Below the pieces are notes generated by a model that was not told the origin of the DNA, did not search any database, and saw only the letters and a list, made by a program, of their open reading frames with translations. Shown here piece after piece: positions 54,401 to 64,000 of a DNA stretch of 64,000 bases. The position numbers and the translations under genes are program-made. The stretch covers positions 21,390,001 to 21,454,000 of the forward strand of contig OZ024741.1 of the NCBI GenBank assembly GCA_964016885.1, given 5' to 3'. This DNA comes from Eledone cirrhosa (lineage: Eukaryota). Every line of letters begins with the position of its first letter. Position 1 is the stretch's first letter.

Positions 54401-57400
54401 ATAAAAGAGGTGGAGGTGTTAACAGTGATGATAATGGGGGTGGTGGTGTTAACAGTTATGATAATGGTGGTGGTGGTGTAAATAGTGATAATGGTGGTGG
54501 TGGTGTTAATAGTGATAATGGGGGTGGAGGTGTTAACAGTAATGATAACGGGGGTGGAGGTGTTAGCAGTGATGATAATGGTCGTGGTGGTGTTAATAGT
54601 GATAATGGGGGTGGTGGTGTTAACAATGATGATAATAGTGGTGGTGGTGTTAATAGTGATGATAAAGGGGGTGGAGGTGTTAACAGTGATGATAATGGGG
54701 GTGGTGGTGTTAATAGTGATGATAATGGTGGTGGTGGTGTTAACAGTGATAATGGTGGTGGTGGTGTTAATAGTGATGATAATGGTGGTGGTGTTAATAG
54801 TGATGATAATGGGGGCGGTGGTGTTAATAATGATGATAATGGTGGTGGGGGTGGTGGTGTTAACAGTGATGATAAAGGGGGTGGAGGTGTTAACAGTGAT
54901 GATAATGGTGGTGGTGGTGTTAATAGTGATAATGGGGGGGTGTTAACAGTGATGATAATGGTGGTGGTGGTGTTAACAGTTATGATAATGGTGGTGGTGG
55001 TGTTAATAGTGATGATAAAGGGGGTGGAGGTGTTAACAGTGATGATAATGGGGGCGGTGGTGTTAATAATGATGATAATGGTGGTGGTGGTGTTAATAGT
55101 GATAATGGGGATGGTGGTGGTGTTAATAGTGATGATAAGGGGTGTGGAGGTGTTAACAGTGATGATAATGGTGGTGGTGGTGTTAATAGTGATGATAATG
55201 GTGGTGGCGGTGTTAATAGTGATGATAATGGTGGTGGAGCTGTTAATAGTGATGATAATGGTGGTGGTGGTGTTAATAGTGATGATAATGGTGGTGGCGG
55301 TGTTAATAGTGATGATAATGGTGGTGGAGCTGTTAATAATGATGATAATGGTGGTGGAGGTGTTAACAGTGATGATAATGGTGGTGGTGGTGTTAATAGT
55401 GATGATAATGGTGGTGGTGGTGTTAACAGTGATAATGGTGGTGGTGGTGTTAACAGTGATGATAATGGTGGTGGTGGTGTTAATAGTGATAATGGTGGTG
55501 GTGGTGTTAACAGTGATGATAATGGTGGTGGTGGTCTTAATAGTGATGATAATGGTGGTGGAGGTGTTAATAGTGATGATAATGGTGGTGGTGGTGTTAA
55601 CAGTGATGATAATGGTGGTGGTGGTGTTAATAGTGATGATAATGGTGGTGGTGGTGGTGTTAATAGTGATGATAATGGTGGTGGTGGTGTTAATAGTGAT
55701 GATAAAGGGGGTGGAGGTGTTAACAGTGATGATAATGGTGGTGGAGGTGTTAATAGTGATGATAATGGTGGTGGTGTTAACAGTGATGATAATGGTGGTG
55801 GTGGTGTTAATAGTGATGATAATGGTGGTGGTGGTGTTAATAGTGATGATAAAGGGGGTGGAGGTGTTAACAGTGATGATAATGGGGGCGGTGGTGTTAA
55901 TAATGATGATAATGGTGGTGGTGGTGTTAATAGTGATAAGGGGGGTGGTGGTGTTAACAGTGATGATAAAAGGGGTGGAGGTGTTAACAGTGATGATAAT
56001 GGGGGTGGTGGTGTTAACAGTTATGATAATGGTGGTGGTGGTGTAAATAGTGATAATGGTGGTGGTGGTGTTAATAGTGATAATGGGGGTGGAGGTGTTA
56101 ACAGTGATGATAAAGGGGGTGGAGGTGTTAACAGTGATGATAATGGTCGTGGTGGTGTTAATAGTGATAATGGGGGTGGTGGTGTTAACAGTGATGATAA
56201 TAGTGGTGGTGGTGTTAATAGTGATGATAAAGGGGGTGGAGGTGTTAACAGTGATGATAATGGGGGTGGTGGTGTTAATAGTGATGATACTGGTGGTGGT
56301 GGTGTTAACAATGATGATAATGGTGGTGGTGGTGTTAATAGTGATGATAATGGTGGTGGTGTTAATAGTGATGATAATGGGGGCGGTGGTGTTAATAGTG
56401 AAGATAATGGTGGGGGTGGTGGTGTTAACAGTGATGATAAAGGGGGTGGAGGTGTTAACAGTGATGATAATGGTGGTGGTGGTGTTAATAGTGATAATGG
56501 GGGGGGTGTTAACAGTGATGATAATGGTGGTGGTGGTGTTAACAGTTATGATAATGGTGGTGGTGGTGTTAATAGTGATGATAAAAGGGGTGGAGGTGTT
56601 AACAGTGATGATAATGGGGGTGGTGGTGTTAACAGTTATGATAATGGTGGTGGTGGTGTAAATAGTGATAATGGTGGTGGTGGTGTTAATAGTGATAATG
56701 AGGGTGGAGGTGTTAACAGTGATGATAAAGGGGGTGGAGGTGTTACCAGTGATGATAATGGGGGTGGTGGTGTTAATAGTGATGATAATGGTGGTGGTGG
56801 TGTTAACTGATGATAATGGTGGTGGTGGTGTTAATAGTGATGATAATGGTGGTGGTGTTAATAGTGATGATAATGGGGGCGGTGGTGTTAATAATGGTGG
56901 TGGGGGTGGTGGTGTTAACAGTGATGATAAAGGGGGTGGAGGTGTTAACAGTGATGATAATGGTGGTTGTGGTGTTAATAGTGATGATAATGGTGGTGGT
57001 GGTGTTAACAGTGATGATAATGGTGGTGGTGGTGTTAACAGTGATGATAATGGTGGTGGTGGTGTTAACAGTGATGATAATGGTGGTGATGGTGTTAATA
57101 GTGATGATAATGGTGGTGGTGGTGTTAATAGTGATGATAATGGTGGTGATGTTAACAGTGATGATAATGGTGGTGGTGGTGTTAATAGTGATGATAATGG
57201 TGGTGGTGGTGTTAACAGTGATGATAATGGTGGTGGTGGTGTTAATAGTGATGATAATGGTGGTGGTGGTGTTAATAGTGATGATAATGGTGGTGGAGGT
57301 GTTAATAGTGATGATAATGGTGGTGGAGGTGTTAACAGTGATGATAATGGTGGTGGTGGTGTTAATAGTGATGATAATGGTCGTGGTGGTGTTAACAGTG

Positions 57401-60400
57401 ATGATATTGGGGGTGGTGGTGTTAACAGTGATGATAATAGTGGTGGTGGTGTTAATAGTGATGATAAAGGGGTTGGATGTGTTAACAGTGATGATAATGG
57501 GGGTGGTGGTGTTAATAGTGATGATAATGGTGGTGGTGGTGTTAACAATGATGATAATGGTGGTGGTGGTGTTAATAGTGATGATAATGGTGGTGGTGTT
57601 AATAGTGATGATAATGGGGGCGGTGGTGTTAATAATGAGGATAATGGTGGTGGTGGTGATAATGGGGGTGGTGGTGTTAACAGTGATGATAAAGGGGGTG
57701 GAGGTGTTAACAGTGATGATAATGGTGGTGGTGGTGTTAATAGTGATAATGGTGGGGGGGGGGGTGTTAACGGTTATGATAATGGTGGTGGTGGTGTTAA
57801 TAGTGATGATAAAAGGGGTGGAGGTGTTAACAGTGATGATAATGGGGGTGGTGGTGTTAACAGTTATGATAATGGTGGTGGTGGTGTAAATAGTGATAAT
57901 GGTGGTGGTGGTGTTAATAGTGATAATGAGGGTGGAGGTGTTAACAGTGATGATAAAGGGGGTGGAGGTGTTACCAGTGATGATAATGGTGGTGGTGGTG
58001 TTAATAGGGATAATGGGGGTGGTGGTGTTAACAGTGATGATAATGGTGGTGGTGGTGGTGTTAACAGTTATGATAATGGTGGTGGTGGTGTTAATAGTGA
58101 TGATAAAGGGGGTGGAGGTGTCAACAGTGATGATAATGGGGGTGGTGGTGTTAATAGTGATGATAATGGTGGTGGTGGTGTTAACAGTGATGATAATGGT
58201 GGTGGTGGTGTTAATAGTGATGATAATGGGGGCGGTGGTGTTAATAATGATGATAATGGTGGTGGTGGTGTTAATAGTGATAATGGGGGTGGTGGTGTTA
58301 ACAGTGATGATAAAGGGGGTGGAGGTGTTAACAGTGATGATAATGGTGGTGGTGGTGTTAATAGTGATAATGGGGGTGGTGGTGTTAGCAGTGATGATAA
58401 TGGTGGTGGTGGTGTTAACAGTTATGATAATGGTGGTGGTGTTAATAGTGACGATAAAGGGGGTGGAGGTGTTAACAGTGATGATAATGGTGGTGGTGGT
58501 GTTAATAGTGATGATAATGGTGGTGGTGGTGTTAATAGTGATGATAAATGGGGTGGAGGTGTTAACAGTGATGATAATGGGGGCGGTGGTGTTAATAATG
58601 ATGATAATGGTGGTGGTGGTGTTAATAGTGATAATGGGGGTGGTGGTGTTAACAGTGATGATAAAGGGGGTGGAGGTGTTAACAGTGATGATAATGGTGG
58701 TGGTGGTGTTAATAGTGATGATAAAGGGGGTGGAGGTGTTAATAGTGATGATAATGGTGGTGGTGGTGGTGTTAACAGTGATGATAATGGTGGTGGTGTT
58801 AACAGTGATGATAATGGTTAATAGTGATAATGGTGGTGGTGGTGTTAATAGTGATGATAATGGGTGTGGAGGTTTTAACAGTGATGATAATGGTGGTGGT
58901 GGTGTTAACAGTGATGATAATGGTGGTGGTGGTGTTAATAGTGATGATAATGGTGGTGGTGGTGTTAATAGTGATGATAAAGGGGGTGGAGGTGTTAACA
59001 GTGATGATAATGGTGGTGTTGGTGTTAATAGTGATAATGGGGGTGGTGGTGTTAACAGTGATGATAATGGTGGTGGTGGTGTTAATAGTGATGATAAAGG
59101 GGGTGGAGGTGTTAATAGTGATGATAATGGTGGTGGTGGTGGTGCTAACAGTGATGATAATGGTGGTGGTGTTAACAGTGATGATAATGGTTAATAGTGA
59201 TAATGGTGGTGGTGGTGTTAATAGTGATGATAATGGGTGTGGAGGCTTTAACAGTGATGATAATGGTGGTGGTGGTGTTAACAGTGATGATAATGGTGGT
59301 GGTGGTGTTAATAGTGATGATAATGGTGGTGGTGGTGTTAATAGTGATGATAAAGGGGGTGGAGGTGTTAACAGTGATGATAATGGTGGTGGAGGTGTTA
59401 ATAGTGATGATAATGGTGGTGGTGTTAACAGTGATGATAATGGTGGTGGTGGTGTTAATAGTGATGATAATGGTGGTGGTGGTGTTAATAGTGATGATAA
59501 AGGGGGTGGAGGTGTTAACAGTGATGATAAAGGTGGTGGTGTTGTTAATAGTGATGATAATGGGGGTGGTGGTGTTAATAGTGATGATAAAGGGGGTGGA
59601 GGTGTTAACAGTGATGATAATGGTGGTGGAGGTGTTAATAGTGATGATAATGGTGGTGGTGTTAACAGTGATGATAATGGTGGTGGTGGTGTTAATAGTG
59701 ATGATAATGGTGGTGGCGGTGTTAATAGTGATGATAAAGGGGGTGGAGGTGTTAACAGTGATGATAATGGTGGTGAAGGTGTTAATAGTGATGATAATGG
59801 TGGTGGTGGTGTTAATAGTGATGATAATGGTGGTGGTGGTGTTAATAGTGATGATAAAGGGGGTGGAGGAGTTAACAGTGATGATAATGGTGGTGGAGGT
59901 GTTAATAGTGATGATAATGGTGGTGGTGTTAACAGTGATGATAATGGTGGTGGATGTGTTAATAGTGATGATAATGGTGGTGGTGTTAATAGTGATGATA
60001 ATGGTGGTGGTGGAGTTAATAGTGATAATGGTGGTGGTGGTGTTAATAGTGATGATAATGGTGGTGATGGTGTTAATAGTGATAATGGTGGTGGTGGTGT
60101 TAATAGTGATAATGGGGGTGGTGGTGTTAACAGTGATGATAATGGTGGTGGTGGTGTTAATAGTGATGATTAAGGGGGTGGAGGTGTTAACAGTGATGAT
60201 AATGGTGGTGGTATTGTTAATAGTGATAATGGTGGTGGTGGTGTTAATAGTGATGATAATGGTGGTGGTGGTGTTAATAGTGATGATTAAGGGGGTGGAG
60301 GTGTTAACAGTGATGATAAAGGTGGTGGTGGTGTTAATAGTGATGATAATGGTGGTGGTGGCGTTAACAGTGATGATAATTGTGGTGGTGGTGTTAACAG

Positions 60401-63400
60401 TTATGATATTGGTGGTGGTGGTGTTAATAGTGATGATAATGGTGGTGGTGGTGGTGTTAACAGTGATGATAATTGTGGTGGTGGTGTTAATAGTGATGAT
60501 AATGGTGGTTGTGGTGTTAATAGTGATGATAATGGTTGTGGTGGTGTTAACAGTGATGATAATGGTGGTGGTGGTGTTAATAGTGATGATAATGGTGGTG
60601 GTGGTGTTAACAGTGATGATATTGGTGGTGGTGGTGTTAATAGTGATGATAATGGTGGTGGTGGTGTTAACAGTGATGATAATGGTGGTGGTGGTGTCAA
60701 TAGTGATGATAATGGTGGTGGTGGTGTTAATAGTGATAATGGTGGTGGTGGTGGTGTTAACAGTGATGATAATGGTGGTGGTGGTGTTAATAGTGATGAT
60801 AATGGTGGTGGTGGTCTTAATAGTGATGATAATGGTGGTGGAGGTGTTAATAGTGATGATAATGGTGGTGGTGGTGTTAACAGTGATGATAATGGTGGTG
60901 GTGGTGTTAATAGGGATGATAATGGTGGTGGTGGTGTTAATAGTGATGATAATGGTGGTGGTGGTGTTAATAGTGATGATAAAGGGGGTGGAGGTGTTAA
61001 CAGTGATGATAATGGTGGTGGAGGTGTTAATAGTGATGATAATGGTGGTGGTGTTAACAGTGATGATAATGGTGGTGGTGGTGTTAATAGTGATGATAAT
61101 GGTGGTGGTGGTGTTAATAGTGATGATAAAGGGGGTGGAGGTGTTAACAGTGAGGATAAAGGGGGTGGAGGTGTTAACAGTGATGATAATGGTCGTGGTG
61201 GTGTTAATAGTGATGATAAAGGGGGTGGAGGTGTTAACAGTGATGATAAAGGTGGTGGTGTTGTTAATAGTGATGATAATGGGGGTGGTGGTGTTAATAG
61301 TGATGATAAAGGGGGTGGAGGTGTTAACAGTGATGATAATGGTGGTGGAGGTGTTAATAGTGATGATAATGGTGGTGGTGTTAACAGTGATGATAATGGT
61401 GGTGGTGGTGTTAATAGTGATGATAATGGTGGTGGCGGTGTTAATAGTGATGATAAAGGGGGTGGAGGTGTTAACAGTGATGATAATGGTGGTGAAGGTG
61501 TTAATAGTGATGATAATGGTGGTGGTGGTGTTAATAGTGATGATAATGGTGGTGGTGGTGTTAATAGTGATGATAAAGGGGGTGGAGGTGTTAACAGTGA
61601 TGATAATGGTGGTGGAGGTGTTAATAGTGATGATAATGGTGGTGGTGTTAACAGTGATGATAATGGTGGTGGATGTGTTAATAGTGATGATAATGGTGGT
61701 GGTGTTAATAGTGATGATAATGGTGGTGGTGGAGTTAATAGTGATAATGGTGGTGGTGGTGTTAATAGTGATGATAATGGTGGTGATGGTGTTAATAGTG
61801 ATAATGGTGGTGGTGGTGTTAATAGTGATAATGGGGGTGGTGGTGTTAACAGTGATGATAATGGTGGTGGTGGTGTTAATAGTGATGATTAAGGGGGTGG
61901 AGGTGTTAACAGTGATGATAATGGTGGTGGTATTGTTAATAGTGATAATGGTGGTGGTGGTGTTAATAGTGATGATAATGGTGGTGGTGGTGTTAATAGT
62001 GATGATTAAGGGGGTGGAGGTGTTAACAGTGATGATAAAGGTGGTGGTGGTGTTAATAGTGATGATAATGGTGGTGGTGGCGTTAACAGTGATGATAATT
62101 GTGGTGGTGGTGTTAACAGTTATGATATTGGTGGTGGTGGTGTTAATAGTGATGATAATGGTGGTGGTGGTGGTGTTAACAGTGATGATAATTGTGGTGG
62201 TGGTGTTAATAGTGATGATAATGGTGGTTGTGGTGTTAATAGTGATGATAATGGTTGTGGTGGTGTTAACAGTGATGATAATGGTGGTGGTGGTGTTAAT
62301 AGTGATGATAATGGTGGTGGTGGTGTTAACAGTGATGATATTGGTGGTGGTGGTGTTAATAGTGATGATAATGGTGGTGGTGGTGTTAACAGTGATGATA
62401 ATGGTGGTGGTGGTGTCAATAGTGATGATAAAGGGGGTGGAGGTGTTAACAGTGATGATAAAGGTGGTGGTGGTGTTAATAGTGATGATAATGGGGGTGG
62501 TGGTGTTAATAGTGATGATAATGGTGGTGGTGTTAACAGTGATGATAATGGTGGTGGAGGTGTTAATAGTGATGATAATGGTGGTGGTGGTGTTAATAGT
62601 GATAATGGTGGTGGTGGTGGTGTTAACAGTGATGATAATGGTGGTGGTGGTGTTAATAGTGATGATAATGGTGGTGGTGGTCTTAATAGTGATGATAATG
62701 GTGGTGGAGGTGTTAATAGTGATGATAATGGTGGTGGTAGTGTTAACAGTGATGATAATGGTGGTGGTGGTGTTAATAGGGATGATAATGGTGGTGGTGG
62801 TGTTAATAGTGATGATAATGGTGGTGGTGGTGTTAATAGTGATGATAAAGGGGGTGGAGGTGTTAACAGTGATGATAATGGTGGTGGAGGTGTTAATAGT
62901 GATGATAATGGTGGTGGTGTTAACAGTGATGATAATGGTGGTGGTGGTGTTAATAGTGATGATAATGGTGGTGGTGGTGTTAATAGTGATGATAAAGGGG
63001 GTGGAGGTGTTAACAGTGATGATAAAGGGGGTGGAGGTGTTAACAGTGATGATAATGGTCGTGGTGGTGTTAATAGTGATTATGGGGGTGGTGGTGTTAA
63101 CAGTGATGATAATAGTGGTGGTGGTGTTAATAGTGATGATAATGGGGGTGGTGGTGTTAATAATGATGATAATGGTGGTGGTGGTGTTAATAGTGATAAT
63201 GGGGGTGGTGGTGTTAACAGTGATGATAAAAGAGGTGGAGGTGTTAACAGTGATGATAATGGGGGTGGTGGTGTTAACAGTTATGATAATGGTGGTGGTG
63301 GTGTAAATAGTGATAATGGTGGTGGTGGTGTTAATAGTGATGATGGGGGTGGAGGTGTTAATAGTGATGATAAAAGGGGTGGAGGTGTTAATAGTGATGA

Positions 63401-64000
63401 TAATGGGGGCGGTGGTGTTAATAATGATGAAAATGGTGGTGGTGGTGTTAATAGTGATGATAATGGTGGTGGCGGTGTTAATAGTGATGATACAGGGGGT
63501 GGAGGTGTTAACAGTGATGATAATGGGGGTGGTGGTGTTAATAGTGATGATAATGGTGGTGGTGGTGTTAACAGTGATGATAATGGTGGTGGTGGTGTTA
63601 ATAGTGATGATAATGGTGGTGGTGTTAATAGTGATGATAATGGGGGCGGTGGTGTTAATAATGATGATAATGGTGGTGGGGGTGGTGGTGTTAACAGTGA
63701 TGATAAAGGGGGTGGAGGTGTTAACAGTGATGATAATGGTGGTGGTGGTGTTAATAGTGATAATGGGGGGGTGTTAACAGTGATGATAATGGTGGTGGTG
63801 GTGTTAACAGTTATGATAATGGTGGTGGTGGTGTTAATAGTGATGATAAAGGGGGTGGAGGTGTTAACAGTGATGATAATGGTGATAATGGTGGTGGTGT
63901 TAACAGTGATGATAATGGTGGTGGTGGTGTTAATAGTGATGATAATGGTGGTGGTGGTGTTAATAGTGATGATTAAGGGGGTGGAGGTGTTAACAGTGAT
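39480..64000. repeat. Giant 30-bp satellite (>24.5 kb, about 800 units) in NOC3L intron 11
   Basis: GGTGGTGGTGGTGTTAAYAGTGATGATAAT with 27/33-bp and AAAGGGGGTGGAGGT variants. Runs off the right edge. Confidence 0.99.

Noticed and set aside
39479-63777. Very long ORFs (up to 1444 aa) of GGGGVNSDDN / MIMVVVVLIV / TPPPPLSSLL repeats resembling structural proteins
   Set aside because: They follow from a 30-bp unit lacking stops in several frames on both strands. Frequent frame-shifting indels and no unique N- or C-terminus; the region lies in an intron.

Overview
AT-rich, repeat-dense eukaryotic DNA. The SINE repertoire suggests a cephalopod/octopus, but that is inference. Two spliced housekeeping genes lie head-to-head about 12 kb apart. 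PSAT1 (phosphoserine aminotransferase) is on the minus strand, exons 1-3 at 4626-290, and runs off the left edge. NOC3L (nucleolar complex protein 3) is on the plus strand, 11 phase-consistent exons at 16846-37464, and is incomplete at its 3' end. The intergenic interval 5.0-13.1 kb is a dense nest of Penelope-like retroelement (PLE) 3' ends inserted in (TA)n microsatellites. It holds two diverged GIY-YIG endonuclease fragments, several large inverted repeats, and about seven sequence-distinct families of type I hammerhead ribozyme (HHR) motifs. One family shows compensatory base changes between copies, and two have greatly extended stem II. NOC3L introns hold several unrelated minisatellites, a non-autonomous Helitron and SINE/LINE debris. 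A >24.5-kb 30-bp G-rich satellite with a near-identical 5630-bp higher-order duplication fills the rest of the window. The long ORFs in the ORF track at 39.5-64 kb are satellite artefacts.
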